Below, piece by piece: positions 36,702 to 50,100 of a stretch of DNA of 64,000 bases. Where the stretch lies: positions 1 through 64,000 of the forward strand of contig NIVC01001313.1 of NCBI GenBank assembly GCA_002269645.1, given 5' to 3'. Position 1 is the stretch's first letter. The number at the start of each line of letters is the position of its first letter. Source of the stretch: Macrostomum lignano (lineage: Eukaryota). Below the pieces are notes generated by a model that saw nothing but the letters and a program-made list of their open reading frames with translations, did not search any database and was not told where the DNA came from. Position numbers and translations under genes: made by a program.

Positions 36702-39700
36702 CCCGCTGGGAAAAAACTGACTTACTGCGCCAGGTCGAAGAGCCAAGTAACCTGGCGCATTTGTCACCAACTTGGGCCATGGGTTGTTCGTATGTAAAAA
36801 AAACAAAGTTTTAGTGGTATGCTTTTATGAAAGTAATTTATTGTTCTGTAACAGTTATAAGTAAATAAAGATGTTTATTACATTTTACCTTCCAATAGGT
36901 AAAATCAAATAATTATCCAGTTACTGAGATCGGTGAATTTTTTAAAAAACTTAATCGTGCAAGTGATTAACGCGCGCGCGCGATTTGCGATCCGAATGAT
37001 CAATGAATATTTTATAGCTAACTTAAATTAAGCTTTGATTACTTGAAGAGTGTAATTCCATACATAATTTTGTTGTGAAATACGTAATTTGACAATTCAT
37101 GAAAACTGAAAAGCACCATTTTTGTCTATACTGTCTACTTTTATGTATATATAATACATTATTTATTGTTCACATCATTATCTTATTCGCAAAGCTGACC
37201 TAAAGACCCTATGCATATAAAATACATCTTAAGTCTGTTAGCTTTGTCTCAAGATGCAAATATAACATTGCATTTAAGTATAATTGCAAAGCTGATTGTT
37301 CCTTATAACCTCTAGACAGAGTAATTTAATTTCATTACTGGGATAGATCATTGGAGCTGTTTATTCTATGTCATGTGTGTGAACCTAATGTATTTGATAT
37401 GCTTTTAAATTTTGAAAATATAAACCAGAGTAGATTTAAAGTGTAGGCCCCAAATGTTTAGATACTCGAATATAATTCAGTGTTGCAAAAAGATAAAAAG
37501 TAATTTGAACCTAAAAAGTGAAAATGAAATGGAAATGAAAAACTATATCGATGATAATTGTGGTATATATACATATATATGTATTATTAGTACTAATTTA
37601 CTACTAATATTAAATTGGGGCCTATTATTATTAGTATTAGTATTTATATATTTGGATTTACTATTATGTAGTGTTGCTGAGAAGTTGCTATTAGATATGC
37701 AATAATTATGTATTGCATTGCTTATTGTATTGCAAATACTTTAGACACATTAGGACACTTTAATTAAAGCTATACTAGTTTGCCTAATCTTGTTCTTTGC
37801 TATATGTCGATATTTACAACGAAGTGTTGGTATTTATTGATGAATTCAAATTAGCTTTATGAAATTTTTAATACTTTTCTTAATGTATTTTAAATGCTAA
37901 AAGTAATGGCTTAACATGTTTAGAAGTTTAACATGTTTCTGTCTGTCTGATTATATGTTCATTGTCAAGTTGTGCTTCCTCTTTATTTTTTGCAAAAAAT
38001 TTTTTGCTAAATATATAATTTAATATAATAAACAAATTCATCAGATGCAAACATTGTACAACCAATTATTTCCTTTAGATGTATACTATTCATTTGCTAC
38101 AATTTTATATTGAAACACAAGTTTGATTTATTCACTATATTAATGTATGAAATGTCACATACTACCGCCAGATAATGTTTCATGGACGGTCAGTTCCAAC
38201 TGACAAGAGAGTCAGCTACTGGAGACAAACTGCACCAGTGCATGGTGCTTACCGAGGCGCTTCCGACAACTGAGTTGGCAAGCTCCGTGGCCAGCACTAT
38301 AAGCAAGGTGAGAAGCTTCTGTTAAATGATGTTGACATTACAATGCATGTATTCATATATGGATATTATAATTGCATTATATAATTATAATATGCATTGC
38401 TCCTACGTTCATATAATCAGGTTTGCAGAACGAGCAGCAATGCCGGCCAGCCTACAAGACAGGTGCCTCTGCCACAACAGTGCAGGAGGTGCCAAGTGTT
38501 GGACGCGGAGGTGAAGCAGCTACAGACCGAACTCGACGAGTGCCACAGAGAGATGCGCAGGGAGCTCAGCGTGCTCGAAGAAATAAGCAGGCACAATCTC
38601 CTGGGCAAGGTCGATGACATCTGGAACGCTGTCAGATCAGGCTCGTCAGCTCAGGCTACAATATCAGGTGCCATTGACCTGCAACGTAGCCCATTGGACG
38701 GCAACAGAAACGACGCCGTGAACGAGGCTGTATGCACCACCGAGGCCAACACCATTGCTTTAAGCGACCATCTCCCGGTGATCAGAATTCAGTGCAGTCT
38801 ACTGACCGCGGCAACTGCAAAAGTCGTCGGGATGCCGGTTGCTAAGGCGTTAGACGCATTGACGCGATCGCTTTTAGATGCTCTTGTCCCAGTAGAAGAG
38901 CGCCAGACTAAGTCATTGCTTCCTGTTTGTAAAGTTAAGTGTCAAACGATATATTCAACAAAAAAGTTTACGAGCGTACATGCACATTTTTTATTTCACA
39001 CTGCAATTCCTACAACCATCCTTGCCAAAATTATCATCCCACCTTTCCCTAGAAACCAAACAAAGAAATGCATTTCATAAACTTAAAATCAACCTTCAGG
39101 TGGAAACCCCGGCAGGAGTCCGCGCCTCGAGGATGTCATCGCTGACAGGGCATACGACCCTAGAGCTACGGCGATTGCTGCATTCGTTATCAAGCAGCTG
39201 GATGGGGTCACCCTGGCCGACGGATTCAGGGCGGTGAGAAAAGTTCTCCGATACGATCGCAAGGCGAGAAGTCGAACGATACGGCTGCAGGCAGTTTCTG
39301 CTATACCTACATCCTCAGCTTCTGCTGCAGCTGCATCCTCAGCTTCTGCTGCAGCTGCATCGTCAGCTTCTGCTGCAGCTGCATCGTCAGCTTCTGCTGC
39401 AGCTGCATCGTCAGCTTCTGCTGCAGCTGCATCGTCAGCTTCTGCTGCAGCATCCTCGATGGCCCAGGCCAACTACTGCGAGTCGACAAAGCCCAAACAT
39501 CCTCGACTGCTGCATACACAAATGGGCAACATTTCCCCAACGCCAACAAACGACAGCTTCACGACGTGCTTCAGCCAAATCGATGGAGAACTTATCAATA
39601 TGATAGAATTGTGAGACAATTGATTTTTTACTAACAACTTTTTGCCTCTTATCGTTAAGTTATCACGAATTTAGTGCTGTTTGCAGCCACGCACTAATTG

Positions 39701-40696
39701 CTTTTTTGTTTTGTTTTTTTCTGTTTTTTCTTTTGTTCTTCATGTTTGCTTCTTTACATATACATAACTGCTGTTCACATGGTGACCGCGGTCAGTGAAA
39801 GTCTGTGAAAGTAAAAAGCAATAGAAAAAATAGGGAAGCCAGATAAACTGAGAGCACAATCAGGGATTTTTTCTTGCGTTTCACACATTTTGTAAATGTT
39901 GCGTTTACAGCCATTCTCATACATGTAGAGTTATATTGCAATAGTTACGTCAATGTTTATTGAATTTTAAAAATCCTCTTCACAAGTGGCCACTGTTTCT
40001 AGAGCCACCCTCCACAAGGTTTTCAGCTGATTAAGCAAAGCGCGTATCCATTGTGAAAGTATACTAGCTGTAGATCCAGAAAATTTTTTCACATTGTCTT
40101 GAAAGTACAAGTTCGCATGTATCTCCTCTTTGCAATCAATGTATGCTCGTGTATACTTTTTGAAAAGGTTTTAAGATGTGCGTAATTTACATGCGCACCA
40201 CAAAAATATAAAACGATTTCTTTTGCCGTTACATAACAAAAAATTACGCAAAATTATGAAAATGCTACTGCTATTTTATTAACAGTGATCTTGCATTGCA
40301 TTGTTTGTCTTTTTAGACGGAAGGAGACGTTAATTATCTCTAATTTATAGCGCCTGCCTATGTACATGATGCAAATTATAAACTGAGCGCGTAATCAAGT
40401 CGTGTTTGTGTACACATACAAGGGAAAATCATTTAGTTTGGAAAAAAATCTATGCAACTAAATTTATAGTAGTACAAATTTCATACTTGCTACTGACGTT
40501 CAGTAGTTTGAATAGTATGCTGAACTGCTTTCTGTGCGCGTGCAAAATTCTGGGTCACTTTATGCCACGTCGGCGCCGCGTTGCCAAGTTGGTGCCGAGT
40601 TCTTAACGGCTTCCGATTGGTTGGTCGTCGTGGCGCTAACCTGGCGCAGACTGAGCCGCTCAACCCGGCGCATCCACCAACATTTTTCCCAGCGGG
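36702..40696 (+). mobile_element. 3995-bp TIR element (left palindrome arm), possibly CACTA/EnSpm-like and non-autonomous
   Basis: 14-bp TIR CCCGCTGGGAAAAA...TTTTTCCCAGCGGG. Subterminal TGCGCC(A/G)GGT motifs and ACCAACTTGG occur near both ends. Internal spliced gene, no transposase. Confidence 0.85.
38182..39614 (+). CDS. Three-exon, 382-aa CxxC + coiled-coil + BEN-like domain protein with an Ala/Ser repeat
   Basis: Exons 38182-38307 (AAG|GTGAGA), 38421-38928 (CAG|...|GTAAAG) and 39100-39614 (CAG|); total 1149 nt, in frame. CRRCQVLDAEVKQLQTEL; LTRSLLDALVPVEERQTKSLL..GNPGR...YDPRATAIAAFVIKQL...FRAVRKVLRYDRK follows the BEN helical pattern (my alignment by eye). Confidence 0.72.
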
Positions 40697-40708
40697 AGCG
40701 GAAGCGGA

Positions 40709-43700
40709 CCCGCTGGGAAAAATGTTGGTGGATGCGCCGGGTTGAGCGGCTCAGTCTGCGCCAGGTTAGCGCCACGACGACCAACCAATCGGAAGCCGTT
40801 AAGAACTCGGCACCAACTTGGCAACGCGGCGCCGACGTGGCATAAAGTGACCCAGAATTTTGCACGCGCACAGAAAGCAGTTCAGCATACTATTCAAACT
40901 ACTGAACGTCAGTAGCAAGTATGAAATTTGTACTACTATAAATTTAGTTGCATAGATTTTTTTCCAAACTAAATGATTTTCCCTTGTATGTGTACACAAA
41001 CACGACTTGATTACGCGCTCAGTTTATAATTTGCATCATGTACATAGGCAGGCGCTATAAATTAGAGATAATTAACGTCTCCTTCCGTCTAAAAAGACAA
41101 ACAATGCAATGCAAGATCACTGTTAATAAAATAGCAGTAGCATTTTCATAATTTTGCGTAATTTTTTGTTATGTAACGGCAAAAGAAATCGTTTTATATT
41201 TTTGTGGTGCGCATGTAAATTACGCACATCTTAAAACCTTTTCAAAAAGTATACACGAGCATACATTGATTGCAAAGAGGAGATACATGCGAACTTGTAC
41301 TTTCAAGACAATGTGAAAAAATTTTCTGGATCTACAGCTAGTATACTTTCACAATGGATACGCGCTTTGCTTAATCAGCTGAAAACCTTGTGGAGGGTGG
41401 CTCTAGAAACAGTGGCCACTTGTGAAGAGGATTTTTAAAATTCAATAAACATTGACGTAACTATTGCAATATAACTCTACATGTATGAGAATGGCTGTAA
41501 ACGCAACATTTACAAAATGTGTGAAACGCAAGAAAAAATCCCTGATTGTGCTCTCAGTTTATCTGGCTTCCCTATTTTTTCTATTGCTTTTTACTTTCAC
41601 AGACTTTCACTGACCGCGGTCACCATGTGAACAGCAGTTATGTATATGTAAAGAAGCAAACATGAAGAACAAAAGAAAAAACAGAAAAAAACAAAACAAA
41701 AAAGCAATTAGTGCGTGGCTGCAAACAGCACTAAATTCGTGATAACTTAACGATAAGAGGCAAAAAGTTGTTAGTAAAAAATCAATTGTCTCACAATTCT
41801 ATCATATTGATAAGTTCTCCATCGATTTGGCTGAAGCACGTCGTGAAGCTGTCGTTTGTTGGCGTTGGGGAAATGTTGCCCATTTGTGTATGCAGCAGTC
41901 GAGGATGTTTGGGCTTTGTCGACTCGCAGTAGTTGGCCTGGGCCATCGAGGATGCTGCAGCAGAAGCTGACGATGCAGCTGCAGCAGAAGCTGACGATGC
42001 AGCTGCAGCAGAAGCTGACGATGCAGCTGCAGCAGAAGCTGACGATGCAGCTGCAGCAGAAGCTGAGGATGCAGCTGCAGCAGAAGCTGAGGATGTAGGT
42101 ATAGCAGAAACTGCCTGCAGCCGTATCGTTCGACTTCTCGCCTTGCGATCGTATCGGAGAACTTTTCTCACCGCCCTGAATCCGTCGGCCAGGGTGACCC
42201 CATCCAGCTGCTTGATAACGAATGCAGCAATCGCCGTAGCTCTAGGGTCGTATGCCCTGTCAGCGATGACATCCTCGAGGCGCGGACTCCTGCCGGGGTT
42301 TCCACCTGAAGGTTGATTTTAAGTTTATGAAATGCATTTCTTTGTTTGGTTTCTAGGGAAAGGTGGGATGATAATTTTGGCAAGGATGGTTGTAGGAATT
42401 GCAGTGTGAAATAAAAAATGTGCATGTACGCTCGTAAACTTTTTTGTTGAATATATCGTTTGACACTTAACTTTACAAACAGGAAGCAATGACTTAGTCT
42501 GGCGCTCTTCTACTGGGACAAGAGCATCTAAAAGCGATCGCGTCAATGCGTCTAACGCCTTAGCAACCGGCATCCCGACGACTTTTGCAGTTGCCGCGGT
42601 CAGTAGACTGCACTGAATTCTGATCGCCGGGAGATGGTCGCTTAAAGCAATGGTGTTGGCCTCGGTGGTGCATACAGCCTCGTTCACGGCGTCGTTTCTG
42701 TTGCCGTCCAATGGGCTACGTTGCAGGTCAATGGCACCTGATATTGTAGCCTGAGCTGACGAGCCTGATCTGACAGCGTTCCAGATGTCATCGACCTTGC
42801 CCAGGAGATTGTGCCTGCTTATTTCTTCGAGCACGCTGAGCTCCCTGCGCATCTCTCTGTGGCACTCGTCGAGTTCGGTCTGTAGCTGCTTCACCTCCGC
42901 GTCCAACACTTGGCACCTCCTGCACTGTTGTGGCAGAGGCACCTGTCTTGTAGGCTGGCCGGCATTGCTGCTCGTTCTGCAAACCTGATTATATGAACGT
43001 AGGAGCAATGCATATTATAATTATATAATGCAATTATAATATCCATATATGAATACATGCATTGTAATGTCAACATCATTTAACAGAAGCTTCTCACCTT
43101 GCTTATAGTGCTGGCCACGGAGCTTGCCAACTCAGTTGTCGGAAGCGCCTCGGTAAGCACCATGCACTGGTGCAGTTTGTCTCCAGTAGCTGACTCTCTT
43201 GTCAGTTGGAACTGACCGTCCATGAAACATTATCTGGCGGTAGTATGTGACATTTCATACATTAATATAGTGAATAAATCAAACTTGTGTTTCAATATAA
43301 AATTGTAGCAAATGAATAGTATACATCTAAAGGAAATAATTGGTTGTACAATGTTTGCATCTGATGAATTTGTTTATTATATTAAATTATATATTTAGCA
43401 AAAAATTTTTTGCAAAAAATAAAGAGGAAGCACAACTTGACAATGAACATATAATCAGACAGACAGAAACATGTTAAACTTCTAAACATGTTAAGCCATT
43501 ACTTTTAGCATTTAAAATACATTAAGAAAAGTATTAAAAATTTCATAAAGCTAATTTGAATTCATCAATAAATACCAACACTTCGTTGTAAATATCGACA
43601 TATAGCAAAGAACAAGATTAGGCAAACTAGTATAGCTTTAATTAAAGTGTCCTAATGTGTCTAAAGTATTTGCAATACAATAAGCAATGCAATACATAAT

Positions 43701-44703
43701 TATTGCATATCTAATAGCAACTTCTCAGCAACACTACATAATAGTAAATCCAAATATATAAATACTAATACTAATAATAATAGGCCCCAATTTAATATTA
43801 GTAGTAAATTAGTACTAATAATACATATATATGTATATATACCACAATTATCATCGATATAGTTTTTCATTTCCATTTCATTTTCACTTTTTAGGTTCAA
43901 ATTACTTTTTATCTTTTTGCAACACTGAATTATATTCGAGTATCTAAACATTTGGGGCCTACACTTTAAATCTACTCTGGTTTATATTTTCAAAATTTAA
44001 AAGCATATCAAATACATTAGGTTCACACACATGACATAGAATAAACAGCTCCAATGATCTATCCCAGTAATGAAATTAAATTACTCTGTCTAGAGGTTAT
44101 AAGGAACAATCAGCTTTGCAATTATACTTAAATGCAATGTTATATTTGCATCTTGAGACAAAGCTAACAGACTTAAGATGTATTTTATATGCATAGGGTC
44201 TTTAGGTCAGCTTTGCGAATAAGATAATGATGTGAACAATAAATAATGTATTATATATACATAAAAGTAGACAGTATAGACAAAAATGGTGCTTTTCAGT
44301 TTTCATGAATTGTCAAATTACGTATTTCACAACAAAATTATGTATGGAATTACACTCTTCAAGTAATCAAAGCTTAATTTAAGTTAGCTATAAAATATTC
44401 ATTGATCATTCGGATCGCAAATCGCGCGCGCGCGTTAATCACTTGCACGATTAAGTTTTTTAAAAAATTCACCGATCTCAGTAACTGGATAATTATTTGA
44501 TTTTACCTATTGGAAGGTAAAATGTAATAAACATCTTTATTTACTTATAACTGTTACAGAACAATAAATTACTTTCATAAAAGCATACCACTAAAACTTT
44601 GTTTTTTTTACATACGAACAACCCATGGCCCAAGTTGGTGACAAATGCGCCAGGTTACTTGGCTCTTCGACCTGGCGCAGTAAGTCAGTTTTTTCCCAGC
44701 GGG
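40709..44703 (-). mobile_element. Second, inverted copy of the 3995-bp TIR element (right palindrome arm)
   Basis: Mirror coordinates sum to 81405 at the ends, the centre and all paired ORFs. Confidence 0.9.
41791..43223 (-). CDS. Mirror copy of the BEN-like gene (exons 43223-43098, 42984-42477, 42305-41791)
   Basis: Same as the left copy except at least one substitution (DHLPV versus DHLPA; 38779 T versus 42626 G). Confidence 0.72.
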
Positions 44704-45336
44704 CGCTGGTCGATCGATGCAGTCAAAATACGCTTTATAAGAAATAAATATTTTTGAAATCGCGCGCTAAAGCATGCAGTTATCGAGAAACTTTCGGCAC
44801 AAGACGTACTTCTATCAAATTTATCTATTCCGCCACTTATATTTAGTGAGATGACTCCTCATTAGAAGTAAAATCTATACATACTTCTAAGAAAAGCATG
44901 ACCGAGCCATGCATGGTAGCATGACAGTATATATTGCTTCTGTCAACCAACAAGTTGAGAATTTCAATTTGGCAACAGTAGATTTGGTCTTGCCCATAAG
45001 ACATGCCTGCAGTAGACGCAGCGCCTTGCCCACAGATAGAAAATGCCAGACCAAGTTGATAAGCTAGCCAAGCTGAGAATTGGCCGCAGTCGTGCGGCTT
45101 AACGCAGAAGGCCTGTCGCAACCTCGCTCGCAGATCGCCCAGCGTCTGCATGATTGCTGCAGGTGTCGACGTGGCAGCTATATTCAGCATCTACCTGAGT
45201 CAACCGTGATTTTGTCATCTGTCATTTTTTCATCTACATGTAGGGGTTTTCTTTTCAGACCTCGACTTTGGTCACTCGTCATCTTAATCTGTAGCATACT
45301 TGAAGATTGTTTGTAGCTATACTAGATACATAGTGT

Positions 45337-45640
45337 GGGTTTAGTGTCGCGGACTCACGACTGATGTTCGGGGGCTCAATTTTCGACTCACTTGGAAAAA
45401 TTTGTGTTGATGAGCAAGACACTGAAATCTGCATTGCTTCAGTTCACCCAGCTATAAAATAGGTACTTACATGCAATATTTGTGTAGCATGCAGCTGGGG
45501 GCTTAGGGGTGTGGGGCGACTTGGCCTGCAGTCTTGGACTGAACAGCCGTACACAGCCTTCAGATGCGCCGCGCAACAGCTGCGGCTGAGCTGTCGGTTT
45601 GCACCAATACATCTGCCTATTAGGGCCTATTAGTGATCAT
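45337..45640 (+). mobile_element. Second, more decayed copy of the tRNA-derived SINE
   Basis: GGACTCACGACTG...GCAAGACACTGAAATCTGCATTGCTTCAGTTCACCCAGCTATAAAATAGGT...CTTCAGATGCGCCGCGCAACAGCTGCGGCTGAGCTGTCGGTT matches the reverse complement of 16520-16770. Confidence 0.8.
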
Positions 45641-47157
45641 TTTTATTAATCAGCATTACTACACTATTCTGAAGGGAGTCATTTCGTTACATACCAATCA
45701 GTGTCAATTCCAAGTAAAATGTGGAAAATTTGTGCATAAAGTACATAATGAAGTGCTATAAAATGAATTTCAGCCAATTTTGAATTTTATCTGCAAATTT
45801 TAATATTAAAAAACTTAGCGTCCATTTTTCTGTGACAAGTCTATATCTTTTACTGGAGTGATAACGAACTGTCCAAATTTCCAATTTAGTTTTGTTTGCA
45901 TTGCTATCTCTGCTGAAATGAATTGTCATCCACCATTTCTCACCATATTGCATGTAGTTGGTGTCGAAATATTGAGTACTCGTACCCAGTAATTGGTGAA
46001 GAATTTTGGTCACTTCGGCATATTACTCTACAAGGCTACTTTGCTCCAGGTCATGCTCTTTGTTGATCATGCTACATGTATATGATGAAATGATGGGTTT
46101 CGGCCTTTTCGGCCCCTTTCGGGAAGCCTTCGGGCCTCAGGTCTCAGAAATAAATCAATTAGAGACCTGGCCCCCCACTCCTGTCAGATGGTCAGCCCCA
46201 TGTAGCTTGATCTTTTGGCGAGCAGTCTAGGTCCTATAGCTAAGAGAAGGACAGCGAGAGACAAGCAGGGAGAATTTTGAAGGTAGAAATTAGTTAATCC
46301 GCAGATTAGCTAACCCGCTGCCACCAGCCCGTGCGTCCTGGCTCACCACACCGGGACTCTCGAAATCGGGCTTCCGACTAGAGGGGGGCTTAGCACTTAC
46401 CTGCCAACTAGTGTTTTTTTGCTGTCAATCTCGAAGTCATAGCCGATGATAAGGGACACTGCTGGGACTAGATCGCATTGGCCATGCAGGTACAGAGGGG
46501 ACTTGTGCAGGGGATTCTTGCAGTGGCGAGACTATGGGGTAGCTACATGTACTATTACATTGCTAAATACGAGGAATTGTACTTTTGGCCTTCAACGCGC
46601 CAACTAGCCTCTCGTAGCGCTGATGATAGGCTATAACTCGATCGAACATCGGAGACTGCATGATTCATTACCCGAGCCGCTTGGCAAACCTAGAGTGCAC
46701 AGAGTACATCTCTAGCGCCGATTCTGCACTACTGGCAGTTTCGCTAACTGATTCGATAGATTGATCGACTGAGGACTGCCTTGCCATTGGTCCACTGTGA
46801 CCAGCGCCTACTAGCTTAGCTACTCATCTGAGCCATTGGCGAAAAAAGAAACAAAACCGATAACAATAACTGTCAGATTTAACCTTCTCACTAAATCACT
46901 TCACACTTCAGATTGAATTGGAGTGTCAGACTACTATCAGTATTATTAAATGATTTCTGCCTCAGTAACAGCACCACTGGAGGGGGGCATAGCCCAGCGG
47001 TCTAGGGCAGGCTCTGGTGTGCCAGTGATTCAAGGAAAATTACATAAAGAGAAGAAAAGATGCCCATAGCCTATTGTAAGTAGGCTAGTAAGTTTGGAGC
47101 CCATGTGCGAGCGTGAAGTTTGGAAAAAGTGCGTCCTCATCAGAAATAGAATATATA

Positions 47158-50100
47158 CTAGCAATCTTCGCCCCCCCCGATGGGGGACATCTGGATAGAA
47201 CTTCTGTTCTCTACAAGTAAAAAAACCGCAAAATAGAGTCTTCATAAAGACAACAGAAAAACTGCTCAAATGAAGCGCAATGCAAAAAGAAAACATCCCA
47301 AGACAGCAAGCATCCCCCCTCCTCCCAGATAGCAAGCACCCCCAGATAGCAAGCACCCCCAGATAGCAAGCACCCCCAGATAGCAAGCACTCCCAGATAG
47401 CAAGCACCCCCAGATAGAAAGAACCCCCAGATAGCAAGCATCCCTCAGATAGCAAGCACCCCAGATAGAAAGAACCCCCAGATAGCAAGTATCTATCCTT
47501 TAATAGCAAGCATCCACCAGACAAAAAGTATATAGTGCAACATTTCCTTTTAGCTTTCTAGGGGCTTCTTTATGATTGGCATGACGCTTCTTATTACGTT
47601 TGAAAATTTCTCTCCTGTGTTTGAAATGGTGGCTATTTTATGTTTGAATTGGTGGCTTTTTAATGTTTGGCATGGTGACTCTTTAATGTTCTACATGGTG
47701 GCTCTTTAATGTTTGACATCGTGCCAGTTTTATGTTTGTCATGGTGGCTCCTTAATGTTAGAAACGGTGGCTCTTTAATGTTTGACATGGAGTCACATAT
47801 ATGTTTCACATGGTGGCTCTTCTATGTCTAACTTGGGCGCTTTTTTATGTTTGACATCGTGGCTCGTTAATGTTCGACATAGTGGCTCTTTACTGTTCGA
47901 CATGGTGGCTCTTTAATGTTTGACATGGTGGCTCTTTAACGTTCGACATGGTGGCGCTTTAATGTTCGACATTGTGGCTCTTTACTGTTTGACATGGTGG
48001 CTCTTTAATGTTCAACATGCTGGCTCGTTATTGTTTGACATGGTGGCTTTTTAATGTTTGACATGGTGTCTCTTTAATGCTCGACATTGTGGCTCTTTAA
48101 TGTTCTACATTGTGGCTCTTTAATTTTCTACATTGTTGCTCTTTAATGTTTGACATTGTGGCTCTTTAATGCTTGACATGGTGGCTCTTTAATGTTCAAC
48201 ATGGTGGCTCTTTATTGTTTGACATGATGGCTCTTTAATGTTCGACATGGTGGCTCTTGAATGTTTGACATGGTGGCTCTTTTATGTTCGACATGGTGGC
48301 TCTTTAATGTTCGCCACGTTTGTCATCAGGTTTTTCATGTTTGAGTCACGTATATGTTTGACATGGTGGCTCTTTAATGTTTGGCATGGTGGCTCTTTAA
48401 TGTTTGACATGGTGGCCTTTTAATGTTCGACATGGAGTCATGTATATGTTTGACATGGAGTCATGTATATGTTTGACATAGTGGCTCTTTGATGTTTGAC
48501 ATTGTGCTCTTTAATTTTCGACATTCCGGCTCATTAATGTTTTACATTGTGATTATTTAATGTTTGACATAGTGGCTCTTTAAAGTTCGACATGGTGGCT
48601 CTTTAATGTTCGACATGGTGGCTCTTGAATGTCTGACATGGAGTCATGTATATGTTTGACAAAGTGGCTCTTTAAAGTTCGACATGGTGGCTTTTTAATG
48701 TTTGACATGGTGGCTCTTTTATGATTTACATGGTGGCTCTTTTATGTTTGAAATGGTGGCTCTTTTATGATTGACATGGTGGCTCTTTAATGTTTGACAT
48801 AGTGGCGCTTTAATGTTTGACATGGAGTCAGTCACGTGTATGTTTGACATGGTGGCTCTTTTATGCTTGACATGTAGGCTCTTTACTGTTCGACATGGTG
48901 GCTCTTTTATGTTTGGCATGGTGGCTCTTTATTGTTCGACAAGGTGGCTCTTTAATGTTTTACATGGTGGCTCTTTAATGTTTGACATAGTGGCTCTTTT
49001 ATGATCGACATGGTGGCTCTTTTATGTTTGGCATGGTGGCTCTTTAATGTTCGACATGGTGGCTCTTTAATGTTCGACATGGTGGCTCTTTTATGTTTGG
49101 CATGGTGGATCTTTCATGTTTGAGATGATAGCTCTTTTATGTTTGAAATGATAGCGCTTATATGTTTGACATGGTAGGTCTTTATTGTTTGACATGGTAG
49201 CTCTTTTATGTTTGACTCGGTGGCTCTTTAATGTTCGACATGGTGGCTATTTTATGTTTGGCATGGTGGCTCTTTTATGTTCGACATGGTGGCTCTTTTA
49301 TGTTTGGCATGGTGGCTCTTTAATGTTTGACATGGTGTCTCTTGAATGTTTGATATGTTGACTCTTGAATGTTTGACATGGTGGCTCTTGAATGTTTGAC
49401 ATGATGCCTTTTTTATGTTTGACATGGTAGCTCTTTTATGTTTGACTTGGTGGCTCTTTACTGTTTGACATGATGCCTCTTGAATGTTTGACATGGTAGG
49501 TCTTTAATGTTTGACATGGTAGCTCTTTAATGTTTGACTTGGTGGCTCTTTAATGTTCGATATGGTGGTTCTTTAATGTTTGATATGGTGGCTCTTTAAT
49601 GTTCGAAATGGTGGCTCTTTAATGTTCGAAATGGTGGTTCTTTAATGTTTGACATAAAAACACCTATATGTTTGACATAAAGTCACTGATATGTTTGACA
49701 TAAAGTCACTTTTACGTTTGACATAGTGGCTCTCTAATGTTTGACATAGTGGCTCTTTAATATTCTACATGGTGGCTCTTTAATGTTTGACATAGTGGCT
49801 CTTTAATGTTCGACATGGTGGCTCTTTAATGTTTGACATGGTGGCTCTTTAATGTTCGACATGGTGGCTGGTTAATGTTTGATATGGTGGCTCTTCTTTT
49901 GCGCTTCTTTTATGTTTTGCAGTTTAGTGTTTTCAAGGTGTTTTAATAAAAAAATTATTTTGCACTAATAAGATTCGAACCCAGGTCGCTACGTTGGCAG
50001 TCCAGTCTGTTCGTATCTAAGCTATCTCTTCTCAATTGGAGTACATGAATTGTGGCCCTTATAATTCAATTCTTACAGCAAGTCAATTAAAGTAAAAAGT

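Noticed and set aside
40697-40708. Sequencing-adapter fold-back or parvovirus-like hairpin
   Set aside because: The spacer is not adapter sequence, the boundaries coincide with TIRs, and no Rep or capsid ORF is present.
40534-40871. Self-complementary 103-aa ORFs across the palindrome centre
   Set aside because: A consequence of GC-rich inverted termini; no coding signature.
44843-46530. Candidate minus-strand exons (SRHCKNPLHK...TLVG|GTAAGT; ORFs 44843-45190 and 45756-46013)
   Set aside because: Splice-like signals are present, but I could not join them into a stop-free frame or recognise a product; an unannotated gene or UTR is not excluded.
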